Shown here one piece after another: positions 1-11,327 of a DNA stretch of 64,000 nt. The DNA lies in the NCBI GenBank assembly GCA_035640475.1, contig DASQWC010000023.1, positions 4,186 through 68,185 of the forward strand. The letters are read 5' to 3'. Under the pieces are notes generated by a model. That model did no database searches. It had not been told where the DNA came from and saw only the letters and a list, made by a program, of their open reading frames with translations. The DNA comes from Actinomycetota bacterium (GTDB lineage Bacteria > Actinomycetota > JAICYB01). Each line of letters starts with the position of its first letter. Positions within the stretch are counted from its first letter, which is position 1. Both the position numbers and the translations under genes were made by a program.

Positions 1-152
1 CGGACAGCCCGAACCCGGGCAGGCCGGAATAGATGACGCCGTCCGGGTTGTGCACCTCGCCATGACGGATTCCGATGACCGTTCGAGGGGGCGCCCCCGG
101 CGCATCCTGTCGTCCCACGAACGGCAGCGTATCTGGTACACACGGTTGCGCC

Positions 153-965
153 ATGTCGACCGGCCGCTCGCAGAAGCGAGCTCGAAAGAAAGAGGCTCGC
201 GACGCGCGCCGCGAAGCAATACAGCAGTACAGGAAGCGGCGACGGCGTCAACGGCTCGTCCTGCTCGCGTCGTCGCTCGCCCTCATCGCGGCCGGCGTGA
301 TCATCGTGCTGCTCGTCCAGAACCCGCAGGAGGCGAAACCGGAAGCGTCGCCGTCGGACGACGCTTCCGCTCAGAAGGCACCGACGCCGGAGCCCGTCGC
401 GTGCGGCGCGGACCTGCCGAGCGCCGCCGGCACCGAGAAGCTCAGCTACGGCCGAGCGGAGGACCAGACGCTCGACAAGGACAAGCGCAACGTCCTCACG
501 CTCGAGACGTCATGCGGTGACATCCAGATCGAGCTCGACGTCGAGAACTCACCATCCACGGCGAACTCGGTCGCGTACCTCGCGCGTCAGAAGTTCTACG
601 ACGGACTCGTGTTCCATCGTGTCGTTCCGGGCTTCGTGATTCAGGGCGGCGATCCGAAAGGTGACGGGAGTGGCGGCGCCGGGTACAGCATCGTCGAGCC
701 GCCGCCGAAGGGATTCAAGTACGAAGAAGGCGTCGTTGCGATGGCGAAGGCGGGCACAGATCCACCAGGGAGCTCCAGCTCGCAGTTGTTCATCGTCACG
801 GAGTTTGGCCCGGACGCGCGGGCACTTGCGGCCGAGTACGCGGTGCTCGGCAAGGTCATCGAAGGCATGGATGTGGTCGAGAAGATCGAGAAGCTCGGCC
901 GCCCGGGCCAGGACGCCCCGATGGAATACGCGTACATCGAGCGCGCGACCGTTACGGAGGACTAA
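153..965 (+). CDS. membrane-anchored cyclophilin-type peptidyl-prolyl cis-trans isomerase
   Basis: Part of ORF 75..965. Cyclophilin core FHRVVPGFVIQGGDPKGDGSGG ... SSSQLFIV. Basic N-tail plus one TM (LVLLASSLALIAAGVIIVLLV). The in-frame ATG at 153 is preferred as the start. Confidence 0.85.
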   Translation: MSTGRSQKRARKKEARDARREAIQQYRKRRRRQRLVLLASSLALIAAGVIIVLLVQNPQEAKPEASPSDDASAQKAPTPEPVACGADLPSAAGTEKLSYGRAEDQTLDKDKRNVLTLETSCGDIQIELDVENSPSTANSVAYLARQKFYDGLVFHRVVPGFVIQGGDPKGDGSGGAGYSIVEPPPKGFKYEEGVVAMAKAGTDPPGSSSSQLFIVTEFGPDARALAAEYAVLGKVIEGMDVVEKIEKLGRPGQDAPMEYAYIERATVTED

Positions 966-970
966 GCAGG

Positions 971-1825
971 ATGGAGCGGAGCGACTCCTCCCTGACCGGC
1001 ACGTTTGCGCAGTCCGACGGCGTGCGCATTCGCATCCATCACCTCGGCGGAACCGGTCCGCCGCTCGTCTGTGTGCACGCCACCGGGTTCCACGGGCGCG
1101 TGTGGGAGCCGTACACGCGTCTGCGCGAGCGCTTCACCGTGATCGCGCTCGACCAGCGCGGCCACGGCGACTCCGACAAACCCGAGTCGGGCTATGAGTG
1201 GACGAAGTTCGGGGACGACGTGCTTGCCGTCGTCGACCACCTCGGCCTGGACGCGCCGGCCGGAATCGGACATTCGGCGGGAGCGACGGCGCTCATCCTT
1301 GCCGAGTCGAAGCGCCCGGGAACCTTTTCCCGTCTTGCGCTGCTGGATCCGACGCTGCTGCCGCCCGAGTTCCGGCAGTTCGCGTCGTCGGGCATGAACC
1401 CGATGTCGGATCGAGCGCGGCGGCGGCGCTCGATCTGGGACTCGCCGGAGGAGATGATCGAGCGTCTCCGCGATGGGACGCCGCTGGCGGGATGGCAGCA
1501 CGAGTTCCTTCGCGCCTATGCGATCTACGGCCTCAAGCAGCGCACAGACGGAAGCTTCGAGCTCAAATGTCCGCCGGAGATCGAGGCGCTCGTGTATGCG
1601 GCCGGTCCCACCGACGCCTGGGACCGCCTTGCCGATGTGCGCTGCCCCGCGCTGCTCGTCACCGGCGAGAACTCGCCGATGTGGAATCTCGAGCGTGGTG
1701 CACAGGCGGCCGGATTGCTCGGCGACGGTCGAGCCGTCCAGATGCGCGGCGGTCACTTCTTCCCGATGGAGCATCCGCTCCAGACGACCGACCTCGTCGT
1801 CCCGTTCCTGAGCGGCGAGGCGTAA
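971..1825 (+). CDS. alpha/beta hydrolase
   Basis: HATGFHG oxyanion region, GHGDSD, and nucleophile elbow GHSAGA. The 284 aa length is typical of the fold. Confidence 0.8.
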   Translation: MERSDSSLTGTFAQSDGVRIRIHHLGGTGPPLVCVHATGFHGRVWEPYTRLRERFTVIALDQRGHGDSDKPESGYEWTKFGDDVLAVVDHLGLDAPAGIGHSAGATALILAESKRPGTFSRLALLDPTLLPPEFRQFASSGMNPMSDRARRRRSIWDSPEEMIERLRDGTPLAGWQHEFLRAYAIYGLKQRTDGSFELKCPPEIEALVYAAGPTDAWDRLADVRCPALLVTGENSPMWNLERGAQAAGLLGDGRAVQMRGGHFFPMEHPLQTTDLVVPFLSGEA

Positions 1826-1830
1826 CGGCG

Positions 1831-2679
1831 GTGCGCGAGCACGAAGCAGCGCCGCTCATCGAGGGTCTCGGCTTCCCCGAAGGGCCGCGCTGGCGCGACG
1901 GCCGCCTGTGGTTCTCCGACTTCCTGTCCAAGAAGGTGCACACGCTCGACCTGTCCGGACATTTCACGGAGGTCGTCGCCGTGCCCAACGTCCCGTCCGG
2001 ACTGGGGTGGCTACCCGACGGCCGGTTGCTCATCGTGTCGATGGAGGATCGAAAGGTCATGCGGCTCGAGGGAGGAGGCGAGCTCGTCGTCCATGCCGAT
2101 CTGTCCCCGTACGCGCGCTACCCGTGCAACGACATGGTCGTGGACGCCTTCGGCCGCGCCTACGTCGGCAACTTCGGCTTCGACTACGCGGGCGGCGAGC
2201 CCGCGCGCGCAACGAGCCTCATGCTCATTACGGCCGACGGCCGCGTGCACCGCGCTGCCGACGGACTCCTCTTCCCGAACGGAGCGGTGATCACGCCCGA
2301 CGGCCGGACGCTGATCATCGCCGAGACGTTCGCAGCGCGACTCACGGCTTTCGACATCCAGCCCGGCGGCGCACTCGCCAACCGGACCGTATTCGCCGAC
2401 TTCCGTACGCGTCGCCGGGGACGGTTTCCCGACGGAATCTGTCTGGACGAGGAAGGCGCGGTCTGGGTCGCTTCCCCATCGACCAACGAATGTGTCCGGA
2501 TCCTCGACGGTGGCGAGGTCACCGACCGCGTGTCGACGGGAGAGGAGAGCGCGCTCGCGTGCATGCTCGGGGGCCCGGACCGCAAGCTCCTGTTCATCTG
2601 CGTCGGCCGGCTCAACCAGGAGCTTGCCGGAAAGATCCTCGTCGCCCAGGCAGACGTGCCGGGCTCCGGTCTGCCCTAG
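1831..2679 (+). CDS. SMP-30/gluconolactonase/LRE family protein
   Basis: C-terminal 282 aa of ORF 1198..2679, starting at the in-frame GTG at 1831. Beta-propeller-type repeats (EGPRWRDGRLWFSD, PSGLGWLPDGRLLIV, FPNGAVITPDGRTLIIAET, PDGICLDEEGAVWVA). The upstream 210 aa of the ORF are Arg/Pro junk that overlaps the hydrolase. Confidence 0.8.
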   Translation: MREHEAAPLIEGLGFPEGPRWRDGRLWFSDFLSKKVHTLDLSGHFTEVVAVPNVPSGLGWLPDGRLLIVSMEDRKVMRLEGGGELVVHADLSPYARYPCNDMVVDAFGRAYVGNFGFDYAGGEPARATSLMLITADGRVHRAADGLLFPNGAVITPDGRTLIIAETFAARLTAFDIQPGGALANRTVFADFRTRRRGRFPDGICLDEEGAVWVASPSTNECVRILDGGEVTDRVSTGEESALACMLGGPDRKLLFICVGRLNQELAGKILVAQADVPGSGLP

Positions 2680-2688
2680 CGCGCGCGT

Positions 2689-4278
<1,590 letters not shown>

Positions 4279-4297
4279 GCTTCGATGGTAGAGGGTT

Positions 4298-5242
4298 ATG
4301 GCCGCTTACGAACGGGGCTTGATACAGGTCGGCCCGACGACCTACGCGTTCCTCCAGCCGGACGGGAGCTGGGGCTGGTCGAACGCGGGTCTGGTCGTCG
4401 GCGACTCTGAAGCCGTCCTGATCGACACCTTCTTCGACCTCCCGAACACGACCGAGCTGCTGGCGGCCGTGCGATCCGCGACGGACCGGCCGATCGAAAC
4501 GCTCGTCAACACGCACCACAACGGAGACCATTGCTTCGGGAACCAGCTCGTCGAGGGAGCGACGATCGTCGGCCACCGCCGCTGTCGAGAAGAGCTCCTC
4601 AACGGGATCGCGCCGGCGCTGTTGGCCGCGGCTTCGGAGTCGGAAGCAGAGACGGGAGCTGCGGCATACCTCAAGCGCGCGTTCTCACCGTTCGACTTCT
4701 CCGGCATCGAGATCGTCCCGCCGACGGTCACGTTCGACGATCGGCTCTCGCTCTTCGTGGACGACAACGAGACCGAGATCCAGTACCACGGCCCGTGTCA
4801 CACGCTTGGTGATGTCGCCGTGTGGGTTCCGCACGATCGCGTGCTGTTCGCCGGCGATCTCGGGTTCATCGGGTCGACGCCGCTGGTGTGGGAAGGGTCG
4901 CTCCTGAACTGGATCGCGACGATCGGCCGCCTGATCGATCTCGAGCCGCGTGTGATCGTCCCCGGACACGGACCGATCACGGACGCCGAGGGGCTCCGGG
5001 AGATGGAGAGCTACCTGCGTCTGGTCGTCTCCGAGGGCGGCAAGCTCAAGGACGCCGGGCTCTCGCCGCTGGATGCGGCTCGCGAGATCGACCTCGGCCC
5101 GTATGAGTCGTGGAAAGACCCGGAACGGCTCGTCCTGAACCTCATGCGGCTGTGGCTCGAGCTCGACGGCCAACCGGCCGAGACACGCATAGACGCGATC
5201 ACCGCGTTCGACGCGATGGCCGCCCTGCACGACGGCTCGTAA
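4298..5242 (+). CDS. MBL-fold metallo-hydrolase
   Basis: HxHxDH motif ([11 protein letters not shown]) with downstream His/Asp ligands ([14 protein letters not shown]). Confidence 0.8.
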   Translation: MAAYERGLIQVGPTTYAFLQPDGSWGWSNAGLVVGDSEAVLIDTFFDLPNTTELLAAVRSATDRPIETLVNTHHNGDHCFGNQLVEGATIVGHRRCREELLNGIAPALLAAASESEAETGAAAYLKRAFSPFDFSGIEIVPPTVTFDDRLSLFVDDNETEIQYHGPCHTLGDVAVWVPHDRVLFAGDLGFIGSTPLVWEGSLLNWIATIGRLIDLEPRVIVPGHGPITDAEGLREMESYLRLVVSEGGKLKDAGLSPLDAAREIDLGPYESWKDPERLVLNLMRLWLELDGQPAETRIDAITAFDAMAALHDGS

Positions 5243-5283
5243 GTTCGACGTCGCCGTCCCAAGACGCTGCTAGCGTCCGAGTC

Positions 5284-6321
5284 GTGGCCGTCACCGAGCG
5301 CCCGTCCACAGCGACCGTCGTCCGGATCACGCTCACCGTCGCCGTCGTCTCGCTTCTCTTGTACGCGGTATTCATCGTCCGCCAAGTGGTCGTTCTCGTC
5401 ATCGTCGCGATGTTCCTCGCGATCGGACTCGATCCGCTCGTCAAGGCACTCGGTCGTTTCCGCTTCTCGCGAGGGCAGGCGGTACTCGCCGTCTTCGTGG
5501 GAACCATCATCTTCATCGGTGGATTCTTCGCCGCGGTCACGCCGCCACTCGTACGGCAGACGCAGCGGCTGGCCCGCGAGATCCCCCAATTCGCGAGCGA
5601 GCTCTCGACGCGCAGCGATCGCTTTCGGGAGCTCGACGAGCGGTACGACATCTCCAAGCGTCTGCGCGAGACGGTGAACGACCTGCCGTCGCTGGCGAGC
5701 AGATCCGCGGGCAGCGCGCTGGGCGTCGCACGATCGATCGGCCGGACGCTGTTCAATGTGCTGACCGTGATCATCCTCACGCTCTACTTCCTGGTCGATC
5801 TGCCGAAGCTCATGGCGGGCGCGGCGAAGCTCGTACCGAAGAGCCGGCGCAAGGATGCCGAAGGCCACGCGCAGATCGTGTTCGACAGAATCAGCGGATA
5901 CATCGTCGGGAACCTTGCCGTTTCCGTGATCGCCGGCGTCGTCACGTTCATCGTTCTCACGGCGCTCCGCGTGCCGTACGCGCTTCCGCTGGCGATGTGG
6001 GTTGCCATCGCGGACCTCATCCCGATGGTCGGTGCGACGCTCGGTGCGATCCCCGCCGTCACCGTCGCGTTCTTCGCGTCGTTGTGGTCGGGAATCGGAA
6101 CGCTGATCTTCTACGCGATCTATCAGCAGATCGAGAACTATGTGATCACGCCGCGAGTCATGACCCGCGCCGTCGACATCTCAGCTGCGGCCGTGCTGCT
6201 GGCCGCCTTAGTAGGCGGGACGCTGCTCGGCTTCGTCGGAGCGCTGCTCGCAATTCCGATCGCCGCGTCGATCAAGGTACTCGTGCAGGAGATCTGGTTC
6301 CCGCGTCAGGAAGCCGTGTGA
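5284..6321 (+). CDS. AI-2E family transporter (PerM-like permease)
   Basis: Multi-TM protein with the typical AI-2E C-terminus (IPMVGATLGAIP ... LGFVGALLAIPIAASIKVLVQE). The in-frame GTG at 5284 is the first start after the MBL gene stop. Confidence 0.8.
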   Translation: MAVTERPSTATVVRITLTVAVVSLLLYAVFIVRQVVVLVIVAMFLAIGLDPLVKALGRFRFSRGQAVLAVFVGTIIFIGGFFAAVTPPLVRQTQRLAREIPQFASELSTRSDRFRELDERYDISKRLRETVNDLPSLASRSAGSALGVARSIGRTLFNVLTVIILTLYFLVDLPKLMAGAAKLVPKSRRKDAEGHAQIVFDRISGYIVGNLAVSVIAGVVTFIVLTALRVPYALPLAMWVAIADLIPMVGATLGAIPAVTVAFFASLWSGIGTLIFYAIYQQIENYVITPRVMTRAVDISAAAVLLAALVGGTLLGFVGALLAIPIAASIKVLVQEIWFPRQEAV

Positions 6322-6322
6322 G

Positions 6323-6661
6323 CTAGCCGCCGTTGGCGGCGGCGTCGATCACCGGGCGGCCGAGCAACGCCTCGAGCACGCGGTGCTCTCCCGACCAATG
6401 CTCTCGGAGGATCGGCTCGGGAACGCGGCGCAGGAGTGTGCGCACACCTACCGTCAGCACGACGACGTCGTCGAGCTGACCGAGTACCGGGATCCAGTCC
6501 GGGACGACGTCGATAGGCAACGCCAGGTACGCGGCGAGCGCGACGAGGCCCCCGCGAACGAGGCGCGGTGCACGATTGTCGCGGGTGACGCGCCACAGCA
6601 GCTTGGCGATGTCGGGCAGCGCGAAGACCAGATCCTTCGTTGAAGCATCGCGTTCGGCCAT
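6323..6661 (-). CDS. DUF1232 (YkvA-like) membrane protein
   Basis: ALPIDVVPDWIPVLGQLDDVVV signature; 112 aa. Confidence 0.65.
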   Translation of the reverse strand: MAERDASTKDLVFALPDIAKLLWRVTRDNRAPRLVRGGLVALAAYLALPIDVVPDWIPVLGQLDDVVVLTVGVRTLLRRVPEPILREHWSGEHRVLEALLGRPVIDAAANGG

Positions 6662-6679
6662 GCGGAGGATGTTACCCGC

Positions 6680-7639
6680 TCAGACAGGCGACCAGGTCTC
6701 GAGCGCCGTGCGCACTCGAGCGATCCACCAGTCGAGATCCGCACGTTCGCGTTCGCGGACGGCCGGGTCGGGGTTCTCGACGATGTCGAGGGCCTTGTTC
6801 CAACCGAGCGAGGCGAGACCACCAATGAGCGCGATCTCCAGAGCACGAGGATCGAAGTGTTCGCCCGAGATCTCTCGGAAGTCGTCGATGATCTGCTCGC
6901 GGGACGCATCGACTCGAGTCGCCGAGATGATCAGGTACCAGGCGAACTCGACGAACGGTGGTGCGTTCGCAGTGATCTCCCAGTCGAGCAGGACGACTTT
7001 GTCCGCCGTGAGCCCAAGGTTGTGCAGCCGAAGATCGCCGTGGATGAACGTCGTTGGATGTTGCGTCAGCTCGGTCGAGATCAAGGCAGGGTCGCCGAGG
7101 AGCGCCGCCATCGCACCGGCGATGTCCGGGGGCGCGACATCCGGGAAGAGCTCCCAGCCGCGCGCAATCAGTTTCGAGATCGAGAAGTCCGCAGCGACCG
7201 TGTGCAGCCGAAGAAAGACCGAGTAGTACTCATCGAGCGACGGAATCTGCTCAACATATTCGCCCCAAAACTCTTGGTGCAGCTCGTTGACCGCGCTCAA
7301 GACGCGCCGGCTCTCATCGCGCGTCAGGACGTAATCGTCTGGCAAGAGGGTGTTGGATACATCGCGGAGCACGAGGATCCAGCCGTCGTCGTCGGGCTCG
7401 ACGGCGAGTATCGCGTGATCGATCACCGATGGAACCCGATCGAACACGCCGTCGGTCCACAGCCGGTACTGGCGGTCGGGTTGTCCACCGAGGCTCGCGA
7501 CCAGTCCGTCGAGGTGAACGTGCTTGATGACCACCTTCGTCCCGTCGCGCAGGACGGCGCGTTCGAAAGTCGCGTCGGTCCGACCTCCCTCGCCGGCGAA
7601 CGGGCCGCGCTCGCGAGCGCCCTCGAGTATCGAGCTCAG
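6680..7639 (-). CDS. phosphotransferase (APH/choline-kinase-like) family protein, start codon uncertain
   Basis: Kinase N-lobe (GEGGRTDATFERAVLRDGTKVVIKH), catalytic FIHGDLRLHNLG and LLDWE. No ATG/GTG/TTG precedes the N-lobe. An in-frame CTG at 7639 overlaps the TGA of the upstream mini-ORF (CTGA). The track ORF extension to 7864 is Arg-rich junk. Confidence 0.7.
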   Translation of the reverse strand: MSSILEGARERGPFAGEGGRTDATFERAVLRDGTKVVIKHVHLDGLVASLGGQPDRQYRLWTDGVFDRVPSVIDHAILAVEPDDDGWILVLRDVSNTLLPDDYVLTRDESRRVLSAVNELHQEFWGEYVEQIPSLDEYYSVFLRLHTVAADFSISKLIARGWELFPDVAPPDIAGAMAALLGDPALISTELTQHPTTFIHGDLRLHNLGLTADKVVLLDWEITANAPPFVEFAWYLIISATRVDASREQIIDDFREISGEHFDPRALEIALIGGLASLGWNKALDIVENPDPAVRERERADLDWWIARVRTALETWSPV

Positions 7640-7749
7640 GGCCTGATCATGTCGGCGAAGACGTCGTCGGCCAGGAGGCCGTCCGGGTCGTTCGTCTCGA
7701 CGAATCGCACGAATCGCTCTGCGATCCCCTTCGCAGCTTCGTGGTCCAT
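7636..7749 (-). CDS. 37-aa mini-ORF resembling the N-terminus of a SnoaL/NTF2-like protein (possible gene remnant or coupling uORF)
   Basis: The ATG at 7749 is preceded by TAGGAGGACGT (strong SD). Peptide is MDHEAAKGIAERFVRFVETNDPDGLLADDVFADMIRP, then TGA at 7636. Confidence 0.35.
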   Translation of the reverse strand: MDHEAAKGIAERFVRFVETNDPDGLLADDVFADMIRP

Positions 7750-7790
7750 ACGTCCTCCTAGCTCTACGCAAGGATAGATATGCTCCAGTC

Positions 7791-8579
7791 GTGCTGGCTC
7801 CAGAACGTCGTCTCGAGGTGCAAACGAAAGCCCGAGCGGCCATCGAGAAGGCGACGCTGCGCAAGGATCCGTGGTGGGCCTACCCCGTCGCGATCCTCGG
7901 ATTCCTCGGCGCGACCTTGCTGTACTCAACTTGGGCCGGCTTGCAGACGAGCGGCTACTTCGCCGAGCCGTACATCTCGCCGATCTTCTCGCCGTGCCTT
8001 GCAGTCAACTGCGAGCACGCCACCGTCCGGCTCATCGGGGAGTGGTGGTTTTTATCGCCCGCACTGCTCGTCATGTGGCTGCCGATCCTCTTCCGCCTGA
8101 CCTGCTACTACTACCGAAAGGCCTACTACCGGGCCGCATTCCTCTCGCCGCCCGCCTGCGCGGTGGCCGAACCCGCGCCCCGCTACAACGGTGAGACAAA
8201 GCTTCTGATCTTCCAGAACCTCCACCGCTACTTCTTCTATCTGATGCTCGTGAACATGGTGTTCCTGACATGGGACACGGTGAAGGCGTTCATGTTCCCG
8301 GACGGCTTCGGCATCGGCGTCGGCACGCTCGTCTTCCTCGTGATGATCGCGACGATGGGCCTGTACGTCGCCTCCTGTCATTCGTGCCGTCACGCGATCG
8401 GCGGCCACGTCGACACGTTCTCGCGCGCACCGTTGCGCTACGGCGCATGGAAGATCGTCAGCCGGCTGAACGAGCGGCACGGCATCTACGCCTTAGCGAG
8501 CCTCTTCTGGATTCCGATCACCGACCTCTACGTGCGGCTCGTTGCCGCCGACGTGATCACCGACTTCCGGATTCTGTAA
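7791..8579 (+). CDS. succinate dehydrogenase/fumarate reductase membrane anchor subunit (Sdh1 / Rv0249c-like)
   Basis: 262 aa polytopic membrane protein immediately upstream of sdhA, with a TAATG stop/start overlap. Size and order match the mycobacterial Sdh1 operon layout. The call rests mainly on context. Confidence 0.6.
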   Translation: MLAPERRLEVQTKARAAIEKATLRKDPWWAYPVAILGFLGATLLYSTWAGLQTSGYFAEPYISPIFSPCLAVNCEHATVRLIGEWWFLSPALLVMWLPILFRLTCYYYRKAYYRAAFLSPPACAVAEPAPRYNGETKLLIFQNLHRYFFYLMLVNMVFLTWDTVKAFMFPDGFGIGVGTLVFLVMIATMGLYVASCHSCRHAIGGHVDTFSRAPLRYGAWKIVSRLNERHGIYALASLFWIPITDLYVRLVAADVITDFRIL

Positions 8580-10387
8580 TGGCCTCCTACGAGTCACATA
8601 CGTACGACGTCATCGTCATCGGCGCCGGCGGCGCGGGGCTGCGGGCGGCCATCGAGTCGTCCCGGGCCGGGTGCAGAACCGCGCTCATCTGCAAGTCCCT
8701 CCTCGGCAAGGCGCACACCGTCATGGCCGAAGGCGGTATCGCCGCGGCGCTCGGCAACGTCTACCCCGAGGACAACTGGCAGGTGCACTTCCGCGACACG
8801 ATGCGCGGCGGCAAGTTCCTGAACAACTGGCGCATGGCGCAGCTGCACGCACAGGAGGCGCCGGAGCGTGTCTGGGAGCTCGAGGAGTGGGGCGCACTCT
8901 TCGATCGCACCCCGGACGGACGCATCTTGCAGCGCGACTTCGGCGGTCACCGGTACGCGCGACTCGCGCACGTCGGCGACCGGACCGGGCTCGAAATGAT
9001 CCGCACGCTCCAACAGAACGCAGTCTCCGGCGGCTCGATCGACGTCTTCATGGAGTGCACGATCATGCGGCTGCTGCGCGATTCTTCCGGAAACGTGAAC
9101 GGCGCGTTCGGCTACTGGCGGCCGTCCGGCGAGTTCATCGCGTTCGCGGCCAAAGCCGTCGTCCTCGCAACCGGCGGCATCGGCAAGGCGTGGAAGATCA
9201 CATCGAACTCGTGGGAGTACACGGGCGACGGGCACGCGATGGCGCTGTGGGCGGGGGCTGATCTCATCGACATGGAGTTCGTGCAGTTCCATCCGACGGG
9301 GATGGTGTGGCCGCCGTCGGTGCGCGGGATTCTCGTGACTGAAGGCGTTCGGGGGGACGGCGGCGTCCTACTCAACTCCCTCGGCAATCGCTTCATGTTC
9401 AACTACATCCCCGACCTCTTCCGGAAAGAGACGGCCGAGACGGAGGAAGAGGCCGACCGCTGGCTCGCGAAGGATCGCGAGAACGCGCGCCGCACACCCG
9501 ACCTGTTGCCGCGCGACGAAGTCGCCCGCGCCATCAACTCGGAAGTGAAGGCCGGGCGCGGGAGCCCGCACGGCGGCGTCTTCCTCGACGTCTCATCCCG
9601 GCTCGACGCCGCGACCATCAAGCGCCGGCTCCCGTCGATGTACCACCAGTTCAAGGAGCTCGCCGACGTCGACATCACCGCCGAGCCCATGGAGGTCGGG
9701 CCGACGTGCCATTACGTGATGGGTGGCATTCGTGTCGAGGCCGACACGACGGCGGCGACGATCCCGGGACTGTTCGCATCCGGTGAATCCGCCGGCGGCA
9801 TGCACGGCGCCAACCGGCTGGGCGGGAACTCCCTGTCCGACTTGCTCGTCTTCGGCAAGCGATCAGGCGAGCACGCAGCACAATACGCGCAGAGCGTGTC
9901 GAGCGATCCCCAGATCGACACAGCCCAGCTGGACGACCTTGCCCGGCACGCACTTGCGCCCTTCGAGCGCGTGAGCGGAGAGAACCCGTACACCATCCAC
10001 CACGACTTGCAGGATGCGATGCAGACGCTCGTCGGCATCATCCGCAACGAGAGCGAGCTCGCCAAGGCCATCGACGAAATCCAAGTGCTGCGCGACCGGG
10101 CGTCGAACGTTCGAGTCACCGGGAGCCGCAAGTACAACCCGGGCTGGCACCTGGCGATGGACCTGCAGGCGTTGCTTGCCGTCTCCGAATGCTGCGCCCG
10201 CGCAGCACTCGAACGCCGTGAGAGCCGGGGCGGTCACACACGCGACGACTACCCAGACACCGACGCCGAGTTCGCGAAGGTGAACATCGCCTGCCGGCAG
10301 GACGGCGACACGATCTCGACCCGGCAGGAGCCGCTGCCGCAGATGCCCGACGAGCTCCGCAAGATCATCGAGGAGCAACCGACGTGA
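8579..10387 (+). CDS. sdhA: succinate dehydrogenase/fumarate reductase flavoprotein subunit
   Basis: FAD-binding N-terminus YDVIVIGAGGAGLRAAIE, SHTVMAEGG-type histidine region (KAHTVMAEGG), and HPTG, HYVMGG, GANRLGGNSL, RESRGGHTR motifs. The ATG at 8579 is in frame within ORF 8270..10387. Confidence 0.92.
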   Translation: MASYESHTYDVIVIGAGGAGLRAAIESSRAGCRTALICKSLLGKAHTVMAEGGIAAALGNVYPEDNWQVHFRDTMRGGKFLNNWRMAQLHAQEAPERVWELEEWGALFDRTPDGRILQRDFGGHRYARLAHVGDRTGLEMIRTLQQNAVSGGSIDVFMECTIMRLLRDSSGNVNGAFGYWRPSGEFIAFAAKAVVLATGGIGKAWKITSNSWEYTGDGHAMALWAGADLIDMEFVQFHPTGMVWPPSVRGILVTEGVRGDGGVLLNSLGNRFMFNYIPDLFRKETAETEEEADRWLAKDRENARRTPDLLPRDEVARAINSEVKAGRGSPHGGVFLDVSSRLDAATIKRRLPSMYHQFKELADVDITAEPMEVGPTCHYVMGGIRVEADTTAATIPGLFASGESAGGMHGANRLGGNSLSDLLVFGKRSGEHAAQYAQSVSSDPQIDTAQLDDLARHALAPFERVSGENPYTIHHDLQDAMQTLVGIIRNESELAKAIDEIQVLRDRASNVRVTGSRKYNPGWHLAMDLQALLAVSECCARAALERRESRGGHTRDDYPDTDAEFAKVNIACRQDGDTISTRQEPLPQMPDELRKIIEEQPT

Positions 10388-11199
10388 CCATTGCGCGTCC
10401 TCACGGACTCGAGCAGTGGGCGGCCGATCGCCGTGAGGAGATCACCGGCACGCGTATCGCGCGCATGAGGATCTGGCGCGGAGACGAACGCGGCGGCGAC
10501 TTCGAGGAGTTCCGAGTTCCCTATGAGGACGGCGAGGTCGTCCTCGACCTCTTGCACCGAGTCCAAGCGACGCAAGCCGGCGACCTGGCCGTCCGGTGGA
10601 ACTGCAAGGCCGGCAAGTGCGGCTCGTGCTCGGCCGAGGTCAACGGGAAGCCGCGCCTGACGTGTATGACGCGCATGAGCATCTTCGACCCGGACGAAGA
10701 GATCACGGTAGCTCCCATGCGCACGTTCCCCATCGTCAAGGACCTCGTGACCGATGTGTCGTTCAACTTCGAGATGGCCAAGAAGATCCCGGCCCTCAAG
10801 ACGAAGGCACCCGAGGGCGAGGACGGCCGCCATCGCATGTACCAGGAAGACATCGACCGGATCCAAGAGTTCCGCAAGTGCATCGAGTGCTTCCTCTGCC
10901 AGAACGTCTGCCACGTCATCCGCGACCATGAGGAGAACAAGCCGCACTTCGCGGGGCCGCGCTTCTTCATCCGGCTGGCGGAGCTCGAGATGCACCCACT
11001 CGACACCGAGGATCGACGAGATCTCATGCAGGACGACCTCGGCCTGGGTTACTGCAACATCACGAAATGCTGCACTGATGTTTGTCCCGAGTCGATCCAT
11101 ATCACCGACAACGGCATCATTCCGTTGAAGGAACGCGTTGTGGACCGGAAGTACGACCCCGTCGCGTTCGTCATCGGGAAGATCAGGCGTAAGCGCTGA
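10384..11199 (+). CDS. sdhB: succinate dehydrogenase/fumarate reductase iron-sulfur subunit
   Basis: 2Fe-2S cluster motif CKAGKCGSCSAEVNGKPRLTC, plus CIECFLCQNVC and CNITKCCTDVCP cluster motifs. The GTG at 10384 overlaps the sdhA stop; an alternative ATG lies at 10465. Confidence 0.9.
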   Translation: MTIARPHGLEQWAADRREEITGTRIARMRIWRGDERGGDFEEFRVPYEDGEVVLDLLHRVQATQAGDLAVRWNCKAGKCGSCSAEVNGKPRLTCMTRMSIFDPDEEITVAPMRTFPIVKDLVTDVSFNFEMAKKIPALKTKAPEGEDGRHRMYQEDIDRIQEFRKCIECFLCQNVCHVIRDHEENKPHFAGPRFFIRLAELEMHPLDTEDRRDLMQDDLGLGYCNITKCCTDVCPESIHITDNGIIPLKERVVDRKYDPVAFVIGKIRRKR

Positions 11200-11327
11200 C
11201 GCGCCGCGTCGAGTACACACGCGAGATCACCGCAGTCACCGAGACGGTCGTCGACATCGTCCGGCGTCTCCATCCCGGCGGGTCGACGGCCGCAGACGGC
11301 ACATACACCTGGGTCGAGATCTCGACC

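Noticed and set aside
1-74. Possible 5' end of a minus-strand gene at the left edge
   Set aside because: Too short to recognise any family or to choose a frame.
1198-1830. N-terminal extensions of track ORFs (e.g. 1198..2679, 8270..10387, 31417..32754, 37454..39310, 50291..51973, 53140..54813, 59694..60806)
   Set aside because: The extensions overlap the preceding genes and are Arg/Pro-rich. In-frame internal starts with SD sequences or stop/start overlaps coincide with the beginning of recognisable homology.
7749-7864. Upstream part of track ORF 6680..7864 as the kinase N-terminus
   Set aside because: The encoded sequence (MRSVAFSMAARAFVCTSRRRSGAST...) is Arg-rich with no kinase features. 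It runs through the SD and start of the mini-ORF and into the sdh promoter region.
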